Shown here one piece after another: positions 1 to 14,235 of a stretch of 64,000 nucleotides of DNA. The notes below the pieces were generated by a model. The model was not told the DNA's origin and searched no databases. It saw only the letters and a list, made by a program, of their open reading frames with translations. This stretch comes from Owenia fusiformis (lineage: Eukaryota). The stretch covers positions 62,001 through 126,000 of the forward strand of contig CAIIXF020000001.1 of assembly GCA_903813345.2 (NCBI GenBank), in the 5' to 3' direction. How positions within the stretch are numbered: the stretch's first letter is position 1; each line of letters opens with the position of its first letter. Both the position numbers and the translations under genes were made by a program.

Positions 1-1
1 G

Positions 2-637
2 TTACTCTGTACTCAGGAGGTCAATTTTCAAACGAGATATGAGTGAATTTAATGGTTTATTTCTAATATCTTCATTGAGGGAATTCCATATATATGAACC
101 ATGGACCTTAATAGAATTTTCACCAATTCTGGTTCTATGTTTAGGAATATCTAAGTTATGACCAAATCGAGTTTTACGTTGATGTATGTTTTCTCTAGTT
201 TTGAAATAGTGATCGTATAATTTTGAAGGGAACTGTACAGATTTGCTTATAACTTTTTTCATGAATGAAACAGTTTGGATTGTGTGAATATGATAAATAT
301 TAAGTATTTTAAGATCTTGAAAAATTGGGAATGTGTGAGCTAATCTATCTGAATTTGTTATTAATCTAACAAATTTCTTTTGCAATATCAGTAGTTTATT
401 TAATAGATTCTTACAAGCATTTCCCCATAAAATATTACAGTAATTAAGATGAGAAAAAATCAGAGAGTTATATATTATCATCTTTGAATTTAAAGTATGA
501 GCATAATTTGTTCGATATAACATTCCTATAACATTTGAAACTTTTCTATGAAGAGCATTGATATGGGGAGCCCAAGATAATTTTGAATCAATAATTACTC
601 CCAGGAATCCTATCTCATCTACTTTTTCAAGGTTGAC
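2..637 (-). mobile_element. LINE (CR1/L2/Crack-like) ORF2 3' fragment
   Basis: ORF 2..697 encodes post-RT motifs FLGVIIDSKLSW, YNSLIFSHLNYCNILWG, LQKKFVRLI and G..IWNSL. The last ~60 nt of the ORF come from a different, juxtaposed sequence. Confidence 0.85.
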
Positions 638-1857
638 AGGAGGGGGCAACATTTTTTTGAAGCCACCTAACGGTGAATTTGATAAAAACGTTTTCAAATT
701 TGCTTTATCTCTGCATTATTTTGTTTAAATGTTGGCAAGTTTGCTTAAACTTCGCCAAATTTGCTTAAATTTTGCCAAATTTGCTTAATTTTGGTCTATT
801 TTACTAACTTTTGCCAGTTTGCTGGAATTTAAAGTTTTACCTTTGCCTTAAACAATTGCAAGAGAAAAATCATAAGACAAGTGAAATGTTCCAATTTTTG
901 ACCAATTTCGTTCATTTGGAACTTTTTTCAACAAAGGCCTGTTAAAATCCCTTTGAATTTTATGTTTTTACCACTTTCTGGATAGGTCAGAAAAATAAAT
1001 CCAAAATAAATAGCTCAAGGACTTTATCAGACATAGACTCCCCCAATTTAATTCAAGCATAGGTCTTGTAATTCATTTAGTATTTTCCATTACTTGCACG
1101 ATGTGCTCTTCAAAATAAATATAAATAGAAGGCAAAAAATTTGGCAAAAGCGTGAGTTCCAATGAAAGAAAACAATTTTGAAAGTGACTCCTGACCAAAA
1201 ATAGAGTTTTTTAGCATTCAGAACGTTGGTGCATCACATGCATTGCATCACTGAACTTTCACATGTTCAAAATTCTCTAATTTATGTCATAAATTAGGGA
1301 CTTATTTCCATCTTTGCATATACCTCGAATCTCTAAGGTAATCAAAAAAAGATAAATTACTGAAAAACTGCAAAATATTAACTCAAAATTTGAGGGGTTC
1401 GCATAATTGGCGGAAAAGGTGGGTTCGAATTTATTTAGACAGAATTTTGGGTGGGGGGGGGGGGTTCGCAGGAACCCTCCGAACCCCCTCTCCCTACAGC
1501 CCTGAAAATACACCAGCTTTTAGATTAAGAATGGAGCATAGATTATCATCAAATATTAATACAATCTTTTTTACAAAATTAAATGTAGAGCCTTAAAGTT
1601 CCAACAGTTCATAGAATCATGGCCCTGATAATAAATTGACCTGATCCAGAAGAATTTTATTTTGAAAAGGTGTGGGGAAATTGGTTGACCAAAAGCCAAG
1701 AAGATGCACTGATGTCCGCCACTAGAATTTTAAGATTGTACGAACAAAGAAAACTAAAATAAAGTTGTCTTACAAGTGATATTATGTTAATGTTTATATT
1801 TCAATGGCTTATGAAGAGGTATACTGTTGTCAATGTTTTTTAGGTATTCGCTCGGGG

Positions 1858-2254
1858 CAAAGGACGATTCTCGGTTTGGAGAACAGTCTCCTGGGCTAAT
1901 AATTTTTTTCATGAAAAATATAGAAATATTACCCAAATTAAACTATGAATATTCAAAAGAGGACATTTAAATCTACAAGATGTAAAAAAACAAATTGGTC
2001 TGAAGCAGGGATAACGCTCAATTAGACCGATTCAATAAAATACAAGTCTCGATTTGGGGAAAGAAGTTCATCAGTGTACTGCGGTAATATTTTTTTCACG
2101 AAAAACCTAGAAATATTACCCAAATTAAATTATGACTATTCAAAAGAAGACATTCAAATCTGTATTATGTAAACAAATCAAATTTGTTCGAAGCAGGGAT
2201 AATGCTCATTTAGATTGATGAACTTCGTTCTCCAAACCGAGAATCGTCCTTTTA
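1858..2254. mobile_element. MITE with ~27-bp TIRs and an internal ~185-bp direct duplication
   Basis: aaaaggacgattctcggtttggagaac at ~1858 is the reverse complement of gttctccaaaccgagaatcgtcctttt at ~2228-2254; 1900-2040 resembles 2085-2220. Confidence 0.7.
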
Positions 2255-2764
2255 AGGTAAAAAAAAGTTGGGAAAAATTCCTGGGGAGAACCCTGTGTTG
2301 CATTTAAAAAATATAATATTGAGTATTGGTATTATAACTAACCCATGCATAATCCCCAAGCTGTTATTATGCATGTATATCATGTATATCAGAGCGGTTT
2401 TCTTTACACTGAACAAAAACTATGCAATATTGTCTTTAGAGCTTGAATTGAGATGAAAATAATCCTATGCCAAACTTTGCCAGCTGCTTTATTGTTGGAT
2501 GTGGATAGTGCTGTAATAAATCCACAGTGATAAATTGGCTGAAGATAAGAGCGGCTTGCTGGATAGCTAACTCATTGATTTTTTCCTGCATAATACTGTA
2601 CTATGAATTCAAAATGGCTGCCAGTCTATTCTCATCATAGCATATCATGCTGCTTATACATACAGGATTCATCAACTCCATCAATATCTAACAACTAAGG
2701 TGCATTATATACCAGGGTTTTATTTATTTAGAATTTGATTGATGTTGAAACTTCTGTGTTGTAG

Positions 2765-2845
2765 AAGAGGTTCTTGAAAGGCCTGCGTCAATATGGAAAG
2801 AACTTCTTCAAAATAAGGAAGGAATTGCTACCACACAAGGACACA
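2765..2845 (+). CDS. RERE: RERE/Atrophin exon A (SANT domain; [27 protein letters not shown])
   Basis: gtag|AAG...ACA|gtaag, 81 nt, phase 0-0. The peptide matches the RERE SANT motif [21 protein letters not shown]. Confidence 0.95.
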
Positions 2846-3511
2846 GTAAGTATCTAATACAATTATAGTAAAGGGGGGGGGGGGGGGTTCTAGCCTATAG
2901 TTAGATACTTCAGTGGGGTTGAAACATTGAGGGGAGTGATGGATTTTACTGACTGATATTGAATCAATATAATATAATATGCCTCTCTTTGAATGGCAGT
3001 ATTGATGCTAGGATTAATAGAGGAGTGATATCACAAATAATATGAAGCATATCTTGGGGAATTATTTGAAAATAAGTTTCTGTTTTATAAATTGATTTAA
3101 TATATTCCTCGCTGTGCAATTTATGAAATATGATTGTCATCAAACCCTGCATATTGTATTTGTGATGATTGATTAGGATTTAGATGGCACATATTTCACT
3201 GTTTTATCTCCAGAACTCTTTACTCCAATGTTTGATAGCCAATGTGAATGGTTATGTTGAGGAATAATTGGGTTACAAATGGGTGTGTTATCAAAGGTCA
3301 AATATCTGGCTTTTGGATATCTTTCTAACAAGCTTACTTGAATTGCAACATCAAGAAATGGTTACACTAAAATACTTCTGAATCATGCAGTTGTGTATTC
3401 ATGATGCTTTTCAAGTAATTTGTAGTAATTTCAACTTAGGAGTACATTTTCAAAGTCAATTCTAGGTTGTGAAAACATTCAGCTCGTTTCAAAACGTCAC
3501 AGTTTGTTGTT

Positions 3512-6066
3512 ATGTCACCACCAAAAGTGGTGACATATTGTTATGGTCTCCGTTTTTTTGCGACGGCGTCCGGCGGTTGGTGGTTGGCGGTTGGCGTCCG
3601 GCGGTTGGCGTCCGGCGTCTGTAACAATTTCTTACAACTTCCTATAACTTAACAAATACTGTTTAGACTGACTTCAATTTTTTTCTAAATCATCTACATG
3701 TTCTCAGAAGTTCAAATCTGACTTTAGATTTGACATTTGACCTTCAATGACCTTCTCAAGGTCAAAAAGGTCTTTTTTTTCAACTTGCTTCACATTGACT
3801 AAATTTTTTTTCAAAATCATCTACATGTTCTCAGAAATTCAAATCTGACTTTAGATTTGACATTTGACCTTTAAATCTGACTTAAGATTTGACATTTGAC
3901 CTTCAATGACCTTTTCAAGGTCAAAAAAGGTAAAAAAGGTCTGTTTTCAACTTGCTTCAAATTGACTAAATTTTTTTTTCAAAATCATCTACGTGTTCTC
4001 AGAAATTCAAATCTGACTTTAGATTTGACTTAAGATTTGACATTTGACCTTCAGTGACCTTCTCAAAGTCAAAAAAGGTCAAAAAGATCTTTTTTTAACT
4101 TGCTTCAAATTGACTAAATTTTTTTTTCAAAATCATCTACATGTTCTCAGAAATTCAAATCTGACTTTAGATTTGACATTTGACCTTCAATGACCTTCTC
4201 AAGGTCAAAAAAGGTCAAAAAGGTCTGTTTTCAACTTGCTTCAAATTGACTAAATCTTTTTTTCAAAATCATCTACGTGTTGTCAGAAATTCAAATCTGA
4301 CTTAAGATTTGACATTTGACCTTCAATGACCTTCTCAAGGTCAAAAAAGGTCAAAAAGGTCTGTTTTCAACTTGCTTCAAATTGACTAAAAAAATTTTTC
4401 AAAATCATCTACGTGTTCTCAGAAATTCAAATCTGACTTTAGATTTGACTTAAGATTTGACATTTGACCTTCAATGACCTTCTCAATGTCAAAAAAGGTC
4501 AAAAAGGTCTTTTTTCAACTTGCTTCAAATTGACTAAATTTTTTTTTCAAAATCATCTTCATGTTCTCAGAAATTCAAATCTGACTTTAGATTTGACATT
4601 TGACCTTCAATGACCTTCTCAAGGTCAAAAAAGGTCAAAAAGGTCTGTTTTCAACTTGCTTCAAATTGACTAAATCTTTTTTTCAAAATCATCTACGTGT
4701 TGTCAGAAATTCAAATCTGACTTAAGATTTGACATTTGACCTTCAATGACCTTCTCAAGGTCAAAAAAGGTCAAAAAGGTCTGTTTTCAACTTGCTTCAA
4801 ATTGACTAAAAAAATTTTTCAAAATCATCTACGTGTTCTCAGAAATTCAAATCTGACTTTAGATTTGACTTAAGATTTGACATTTGACCTTCAATGACCT
4901 TCTCAATGTCAAAAAAGGTCAAAAAGGTCTTTTTTCAACTTGCTTCAAATTGACTAAATTTTTTTTTCAAAATCATCTTCATGTTCTCAGAAATTCAAAT
5001 CTGACTTTAGATTTGACATTTGACCTTCAATGACCTTCTCAAGGTCAAAAAAGGTCAAAAAGGTATTTTTTCATCTTGCTTCAAATTGACTAAATTTTTT
5101 TTCAAAATCATCTACATGTTCTCAGAAATTCAAATATGACTTTAGATTTGACATTTGACCTTCAATGACCTTCTCAAGGTCAAAAAAGGTCAAAAAGGTC
5201 TTTTTTCAACTTGCTTCAAATTGACTAATTTTTTTTTCAAAATCATCTACATGTTCTCAGAAATTCAAATCTGACTTTAGATTTGACATTTGACCTTTAA
5301 TGACCTTCTCAAGGTCAAAAAAGGTCAAAAAGGTCTTTTTTCAACTTGCTTCGAATTGACTAAAAAAAATTTTCAAAATCATCTACGTGTTCTCAGAAAT
5401 TCAAATCTGACTTTAGATTTGATTTGAGATTTGACCTGCAATAACCTTCTCAAAGTCAAAGAAGGTCAAAAAGGTCTTTTTTCAACTTGCTTCAAATTGA
5501 CTAAATTTTTTTTCAAAATCATCTACCTGTTCTCAGAAATTCAAATCTGACTCTAGATTTGACATTTGACCTTCAATGACCTTCTCAATGTCAAAAAAGG
5601 TCAAAAAGGTATTTTTTCATCTTGCTTCAAATTGACTAAATTTTTTTTCATAATCATCTACATGTTCTCAGAAATTCAAATATGACTTTAGATTTGACTT
5701 TTGATTTGACATTTGACCTTCAATGACCTTCTCAAGGTCAAAAAAGTTCAAAAAGGTCTTTTTTCAACTTGCTTCAAATTGACTAATTTTTTTTTCAAAA
5801 TCATCTACATGTTCTCAGAAATTCAAATCTGACTTTAGATTTGACATTTGACCTTTAATGACCTTCTCAAGGTCAAAAAAGTTCAAAAAGGTCTGTTTTC
5901 AACTTGCTTCAAATTGACCAAATTTTTTTTTCAAAATTATCTACATCTTTTCAGAAGTTCAAATTTGACTTTACAAGTTTTCAGAAATTCAAATCTGACT
6001 AGAGTTTGAACTCATAATATTGTGAGCAACTAGGTGGTGACATTTTGTCATGTTAATGCCTTGTCT
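3512..6066 (+). mobile_element. Helentron-associated non-autonomous element (HINE/DINE-like) with an internal ~135-147-bp tandem array
   Basis: 5' hairpin atgtcaccaccaaaagtggtgacat, a GC-rich (ggcgtcc/ggcggtt) microsatellite, ~17 tandem units (3660-5990) and a 3' subterminal inverted copy ggtggtgacat (6033-6043). A truncated relative lies at 49922-50220. Confidence 0.7.
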
Positions 6067-7124
6067 TCATAGTTTCAAACACCCGAGGTACTGGATATTA
6101 TGTGTCAACCATTGCTACCTTTTTATTATGATTTTTAGCTAAAGAAACAGTGACCTTCTGGAAAAATGAGTTGGCTTTAATAAATTCATTATGTGAATTG
6201 TTTGTTTCATTTGACTCTTCTATAATTAACCTTTATAGGGATTCCAACATCTGTTCGTATCATTCCATTATTTGTAATTTCACTTTTGTCTTCAAGATTA
6301 TTGTTTGCTGTGTGCCTTGTTTTTCATGAACTCGATTTACTATAAAACTTATTAGACCCTTGGATGAAGGCATACCTTGAATTATTGTTCAGGTTTTATG
6401 TTGCACAATGATGGTAGTATTCATATTTCATTATAATATGTCATTTTTGAACTGGTGTTTTGCAATGAAGTTTGCATCTGTAACAATTGTTACACAGAAG
6501 TTTGCATCTGTAACAATTGTTATACAGATGATGGGAAGTTCTCTATAATTCTTAATATTTACCTCTCTAGAGTATGGAGAACTTGCCAGTTTCATATCTG
6601 TGCAATTATTACTCTTTTCCATGTGCTAATATTTTGTGATGTAATGAATAGTTTTTGTGATTAAGATGTAATATTTATTATCCTACATTTAGTGTACTAA
6701 ATGTATAATAACATGAAAAAATAAATTTGATATTTATTGGCAAAATGAATATCCGGAGGATATCGTAACGATATACTCCTGGCGGAGGATATCGTGACGA
6801 TATACTCTGGAAAACCCAATATGCAGAGGATATTGTGACGATATACTCCGCTTGTTGATTTCCCGCCAAATTGACTCTATTTGGAATGAAATTCATTTTA
6901 CAATGATATTATACATTCAGTTCACTCCTTGTAAGTGTAGGATAATAAGAACATCATATGATTTTTTTCAGAATATCATTTTAATCTTCTTGGTTATATT
7001 GATATATGCACTCGTTCGCTTCGCTCTCTCGTGCAGATATCAATATCACCTCGTAGATAAAAATGATATTCCTCAAAATCATAGGATATCCTATAATTAT
7101 CTAAACTATGGCCCACTCTGATAA

Positions 7125-8860
7125 TTGTAACTCCTTCCTTTCATGGAAGGTTACACATTCCAACCTATTTCAAACCATCTGTATGATTATACTGGACTCT
7201 TTCTGGGTAGTTGGACTTTCTATAGGGGTGGCAGACAGCCCTCAGACCAATTTATACCCCTACCCCCAAAAAGCATGGGGTACTTTAATACCACCTAATA
7301 AAAAGAATGCTCATGCATGTCAGATATTCATTGTTTTATTTTATATTGGGAAGGGCATGTTAAGGTTAGTAAGTGCCAGAAATTTCCAATCTCTAACTTA
7401 TTTGGTTACCATAGCTGTGCTCTCCCTACATTGAACTTACTGATGCGCCGCGCCTCCAAGCAATTGCAATCAAAGAAATGCACCTCAGGGTTATTCCTTG
7501 CGCCACTGACAAACCCTACACGTTGTTTCTCCGCCTCAAAAGATTTAAAATAACAAAATCTTACCGAAAAGTCGTAGTTTTGTTTGTTTTTAAATTTTCA
7601 CTTATGCAGTGTTTTATCGAACGTATATTTCTTTGCTTCAATTACAGATTTACATGGAAGAAAAGCGAACGTTCGCTATTTTAGTTGACCGATCGTAAAT
7701 TCACGTCGTTCGTATATGCAGAACTTTATCGAACGCACATTTATTTGGTTCAATGACAGATTAACATGGAAGAAAATGAATTGTTCGCTATTTCAAACGA
7801 CCAAATACAAATTTGTGCCGTTCGTATTCACTCCTCCATTTTTCACCCAGACTTAAAATAACTTTCCCCTTATTTCGATATATTTACTTGATTTTATCAG
7901 AAGAATGTCAGAAGCACACCGCTGGCAAGTTGTCTGGCACAACACAATCAAGTGTAAGTACTTTTTAAGTGAATCTGGTCGCCCGATTAACTAAAAATGG
8001 CCCTGTTGAATTTCAACAAAAAATATGCTTTTTTCCTGAATGGACGAAGCGGCAAATTTAAATTTTAAAAGTTTATTAACAAAAATGTAAACTTAGATTA
8101 CTTTTTTCATAAATATTTGATAAACAGGCATAATCAGTACGTATACAGGGGTGGATCTTGGAACCTAAAATTAAAAAACAAGGCCTTAAAAGGCCCAGTA
8201 AAGCTCAAAAAGACCCACATTTTGGGCTTTTAGGCCTTTTTGGGCCCAATTTTTTTTTTGGGACCACCCAAGGGGGGGAGGGGCCCCCAGGCCCCCAGAC
8301 ACAAATAAAATGTTGCACTTTAGGAGTAAAAAATATTAAAATGTTGCACTTTCAGAATAAAAAAATCCCAAAATGTTGCAATTTTTTTTTACAAAATCCT
8401 CCCTACAAAAAAATCCTGGGGAGAGCACTGCATAGAAACAGTATTTATATCTGGAAATATTCTCAATTTGACCCCCTCCCAAATATGTCCTTTAGGTCTC
8501 AAAGTGAAATATTTGCAAATCTGTTTTGATTTTATGGCTGCTACTTTGTCAAAAATTGTATCAATATGTATATTTTAACACTTTAACACTGAAAAGTTGA
8601 TATAATGATCCTATAAATCAATAATATTTATCAAATATAGTCACACATAGCTGCTTTCAGGGAAAAGTGGGCGTGGCACTTTTTGGTACTTGTGTACTTA
8701 TTGCAGCATTAAATGAAAAATACATGGTACACTAGCAGCAATTGACATTAAATTAGCATCTACTAATGTTGTGTAACATTGTAATATATTCATTATCATT
8801 ATTAGACACTTTAAATATTTTATATAAGTGTTATCCTGACCCTTCCCTTTATCCCTATAC
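7125..8860. repeat. Dispersed repeat, interrupted copy (inverted relative to 18250-18690)
   Basis: 7130-7260 and 8610-8850 are reverse complements of 18545-18680 and 18250-18500. Confidence 0.7.
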
Positions 8861-10466
8861 CCTACAAGGTGGGCATTACCAATTGTGTCAAATTAACATT
8901 TCTGTTTGATTAATTCTTACCATAGACAAGGTAAAAAAGCTTTACTAGGAGTACTGACCTTATTAGGTGCTAAATACATGAATTGATGGGTAGATGGCAG
9001 CACTTGTGCTGGTTGGACTTCATACTAGCATCCACCATAGACACATATTGATTTACCATATTTGTTATTTTGGATTAAAGTAAAATTACATTGTTGGCCT
9101 CCCTAAGATTGTGCATGAGCCTTAAATTCATGACCATCGAAAGAATTCAACATTAGGAAGTCAACATTAAGATTTTTAACATCGTCTCAATGAGAATTTA
9201 GCCTGACCTTTTTCAGAAAGTTAAAGATCGTAGAAAATTGAATATAATCAAAGTTCCTCAGTAGAACATTTAATCTCCTAAAATCACATTTAAACTATAA
9301 TTCAGTTATATTTCAAAGCTAAATAGTATAAAATCTCATCATTTGCAATGTTTTCATTATTTGATAGTTTAACCCTATATGAATTATTGATGATTTTAAA
9401 GGTGCGAGGAATATAAGTGATCCAGGGAAGCCAGTGATCTGTATTTGCCTTGTTCATTGTTGACTTATACAATGGAATAGACTTAGATGCAAGTAGAAAT
9501 AATCTTGATTTACATCATTTCAAAATTCAGTCAAAGTGATATCATATTTGAAATCTACATGTAGAATAGGGATCCCACGATACATTATGAAACGATACGA
9601 TACGTATCTCCATACTCAGGTCACGATACGAGCAACGATACGACACATAATAGTGTAGTTGAACCGGGGAGGGGGGAGGGGGCGGGGTGCAACACTAACG
9701 TAGCTGAGGTCGAGTTGAAAGTCTATCACATGCTGTGACACTTGATTCAGATGCAGCATAAAAACTATAGTCAAGTATCAAGCCTACCTGTTGTGTAGTA
9801 GTCACTAGTCAGCTATGCATATTTTGCAATTTTTTTGAAGTCCGGCGGTGCTTTCCCTTTACTGAGGAATGTTCCAAAGTACTACAGTAGATTTTCTATT
9901 GGGGGATATAAGGATAACATAACTAGCCATGTTTGATGCTTACACGGCCATAATTCTATCAATTGTGTTCAAAACTTTCAAAAAGTTTCAATTTCTAAAC
10001 TCTGGTCAACATTAATACTCCGAACATAAATATTGTTCCGTTTTATACATACATACATATCCAATAAAAAGTTCAAAGATTATATTTATTCAAACTAAAT
10101 TGTCAAAAAGTATATAGAATTATAAAACAAAGTACACGAGTTGTTTGTTCGCATTTTGACTGTCAATCCTCTCATTCTTTTCGCATTTATACAACATTTT
10201 GGGCGTGTCATGTCCAGTGAGAAACCAAACAAAAAATATAAAAACAATTTCTCAAAAAGACAAATATTCAGTAGATTTCGGCAAAATATGATGGATTTCA
10301 GGTATGTTAATAATATTTTTGGTGTATCGATATTTGAGTCTTCATATTGATATGCTCGTATCGTCACCAAACGAGCCGATGCATCGATATATCGATGAAT
10401 CGCGAGACCCTTATAATGTAGAATTACATTTATTCATACAATAAGTTAACCTTTTAGTAAGTAGTT

Positions 10467-11465
10467 ATCCCACCAAACGAAGTTCGAGAGGGATATAGGA
10501 AAGCCGTCCGTCCATCTGTCCGTTCGTCCGTCTGTTTGTCAGGGCGATAACTCAAATACCGTTTCACGTATTTGATTCAAATTTTATAGGCTTATGCCTT
10601 ATGGGTGTAGGACCTCTGCTCGAGAAGGAATTTTCAATATGGCCACTGAATTCAAAATGGCCGCCATTTTTCGTAAAAAATGTAATCTTTAATAACTCAA
10701 ATACTACTTTGCGGATTTGGTTCAAATTTTATATGCTGATGCCTAGGGACACAGTAGATATGTTCAAGTAAAAATTTTCAAGATGGCGGCTAGATTTCAA
10801 AATTGCGGCCATTTTTTGTAAAAAAACTTAATCTTTGATAACTCAAATACCAGTGAGCGGATTAGGCTCAAATTTTACAATAGATCTGTTCAAGAAGGAA
10901 TTTTCAAGATGGCGGCTTGATATTCAAAATGGCGGCCATTTTTCGTAAAAAAAGGTAATCTTTGATAACTCAAATACCAGTGAACGGATTTGGCTCTAAT
11001 TTTATATGATGATGCCTAGGGACAAAGGAGATCTGATCGAGAAAGAATTTGCAAGATGGCGGCTGAATTTCAAAATGGATGCCATTTTTTGTAAAATATG
11101 TAATCTTTGATAACTCAAATACCAGTGAACAGATTTGGCTCATTTTTTATATGATGATTCCTAGGGACACAGTAGATCTGTTCGAGAAAATTTTTTCAAG
11201 ATGGCTGCTGAATTACAAAAATGGTAGCCATTTTTCATAAGAAAAAACGTAATCTTTGATAAGTCAAATACCAGCGAACAGATTTGGTTCAAATTTTATA
11301 TGCTGATGCCTAGAAACACAGTAGCTCTGTTCGAGAAAAAAATGTTAAGATGGCGGCTGATCTTCAGAATGGCTGCCATTTTTCATTTTCATTTTCGTAA
11401 TCTTTGGTAACTCAACTGCCGTTCGGTGGGATTTGTTACTCCGTGGAGTTGCTGTTTTTCTAGTT
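10467..11465 (+). mobile_element. HINE/DINE-like element family A (intact copy)
   Basis: Subterminal IR atcccaccaaac / gttcggtgggat, (ccgt)n microsatellite, ~145-bp internal tandem repeats, 3' hairpin actccgtggagt then ctagtt; inserted at TT. Confidence 0.75.
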
Positions 11466-12349
11466 GTGACTATTAATCAGGCCCGTAACCAGGGGGGGGG
11501 GGGGCTCGGGGGGCTCATATGAGCCCCCCCAGATATCTCCTAAAATAATGTGTGTCTACCTTTTTTACTTTCTTGAAGAATTTTCTGACATTTCGAGGTA
11601 GAAGGTAACATTTGGTGACATATGTACGGTGTATTTTGATGTGATTGCCACTTTCTTTTTATAAAATTCTAAATTGACTAGAATAGCGAGGCAACTAAAT
11701 GATTCGGAAATGAATCATATATTTTGATCCTTTAATTGCTCAGAAGGTGCCAAATAAGCCTAAATATTCAATTTTTATTTAAATACATAAATCATATATT
11801 TTGATCCTCGAATTGCCCAGAACGCACCAAAAATCTTAACTTTTCAGGGCGTGCCCCTGATTTTTTAATAAATCATATACTGTTGATCCTAGAATCACTC
11901 AGAACGTGTCAAATAAGACTAAAAATTCGATTTTCTTAAAATACGTAAATCATATATTTTGATCCCTAGAATGATCAGAATGCATCAGAATCGCCCAGAA
12001 TGCGGTAAAAAAAGCCTAAAAATTCAGTTTTTTTAAATACGTAAATCATATATTTTCATCCTACAATCGCTCAGAATGCACCAGCATTGCCCAGAATGCG
12101 CCAAATAAGCCTAAAAATTCGATTTTCATAATATACTTAAATCATAACTGTAAAACCTGCGAACAGGGAATGCTCTTGGGACTCGCGGAAAGTTTCCTTG
12201 TTCAGAGGTTTTCCCTATAGAGAGGGGCAGGACTTTCAGCAAACTCAAACTTGCAGAATAAGCATATTTGAATATATATTGGCATTGATTGATTGTACCA
12301 ATATCGACTCCATACTTGGTTCCTAGACCTTGTAGTGACATCTTGGAAG

Positions 12350-14230
12350 ATCTATTTTTTTATTTTTTTTTTTAGCATAATATTTATTTCCTTCATAATC
12401 AAAAAATACACAAAATATCTACTACCAATCGCCATAGGCATTCTAGGTAGTTTAAATTACAATAGAGGATTAATTACAGTAATCATAGATGGTTATTGGT
12501 AATGTGAGAGGTTGGGAGGGAGGGGGGGATGTCACAAGATACAAATGAGAATAACATTAATTTGATGGAAACTTATAACAGGCCTGTACAAATTTCATCA
12601 CTATATCTATCAGGATTTTCTGAGAATCAATAGTGAGTTCATTTTCATATATTAAATATTTGACCTGTTCTGTCTTGCTAGAAATAAGTTGAGTATCAAA
12701 CAATAAATTTTGTTCACGAAGTGCAGTCATCATTTTATTACGTTCATGGGTATGGCGAGGGCAGGTTAGAATGAAATGCTTTGTGTCTTCAATAGAGCCA
12801 CAGAGGCATTTGTTGTCAATTATTCCAGTAAAGTTATGAGTAAAGAAATGGTCTTTAAGGGCAAAATCAACTCGAAGCCTATTTAGCAGTTTTTCTTTGG
12901 TTCTACTTAAATTTAGTTTTGTAGTTGGTATGAAGTTTGAGATAAATATCTGTTTGATAGAGCTTTTGAATCTAGAAATGGTTTGAATTTCACGAAAGGT
13001 CTGGCTTAGCTGGTTCCAATCATTTATAAGTTTAAAACTGGTGCTTTGGAGAGTCTCATTGAAATATTTCTTGGGCAGGAAAAGGGTAAGGAGTGTCTTA
13101 AAATTCTAGTTGCTTGGTTGCGATGTTGGTCAAAAAGACTATGGACATAATAAGGCACTTCCTTTCTTACAATTTTGAACATCAGTCTTAGATTTTTTTG
13201 TGTCTTGTCAGTAAGCGATTTCCACTGTAAACATTTAAAGGTTTTTGAGGTGTTAGAGCCATGCAGTACCCCAGCACATATAACAGCAGCTTGATAGTGG
13301 ATTTTATCAAGCTTTGATAAGGCGGCCAAGGATGACGATCCGTAAATGGAGCTACAATAATCAAAATGAGACGCCAAATATGAATTATACATTATTTCAA
13401 GATGGTGCGACTGTATTTTGTTTGATATGAGCTTCAAAGGATTTAACAGTTTTTGGACTTTATTAGACAGATAGTTTATATGGTCATTAAAAGTCAAATT
13501 CTCATCTAAGATGAAACCCAGGTGCTTGTGTGATTGTTTTTGGGGGATCATTTCACCATCAAAGTAAAGCGGGGACATTTGAATATTTTTTTTCGGTTTG
13601 AGCGAAAAACTAAATGAGCACTTTTAGATGCTTTAAATTTCAATTGCCAGGTTCTAGACCATACACTTAAAAGATTTAGATAATTTTGGAGTTGGCCAGT
13701 TTGATTGCCAGAAGGGTGAAAGAAAGAGTATAAGGAGGTATCATCTGCATAGATAAAAGTTTTCGAGGTCAGAGTATCAGGAAGGTCATTTATGTATATC
13801 AGAAACATCAGGAGTCCGATTATGGACCCCTGAGGCACACCGGAGTTTATGAAGTGGTCAGGAGAAAATTTTGATGTGTGATCATCTACAGTGACACAGA
13901 CTTTTCGATTCTCTAAGTAAGAAGAGCAGAGGTCGGCTAATTTACCTTGAATTCCATATGATTTCATCTTATGAATGAGTAAGTTATGCGGTACAGTATC
14001 AAAAGCAGACGCCACGTCTAAATAAACAGAATTAACACAGTTCCCTTTTTCCATTTCGTTAAAGATATAGTCAGTTATTGCTAAAAGTTGTAGCTCAGTG
14101 TTGTGTCCTGGAAGAAATCCAGATTGAAATTGATAAAGAAGGTTATTTTCAAGTAGATGCGTTAAAATGCGATTATGCACAACTTTTTCAAAAATTTTGG
14201 AAAAAGTGCTTACAGCATTTTACAGCATTT
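12350..14230 (-). mobile_element. LINE (CR1/Crack-like) ORF2 fragment with RT core, frameshifted
   Basis: ORF 13548..14180 has QSGF, LDVASAFDTV, SGVPQGS and YADD. It continues in 13024..13578 (HLGFILD), then a C-terminal CLCG..EDTKHFILTC finger near 12760-12810 and a poly(A)-like tail at ~12355-12375. Confidence 0.9.
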
Positions 14231-14235
14231 AATCT

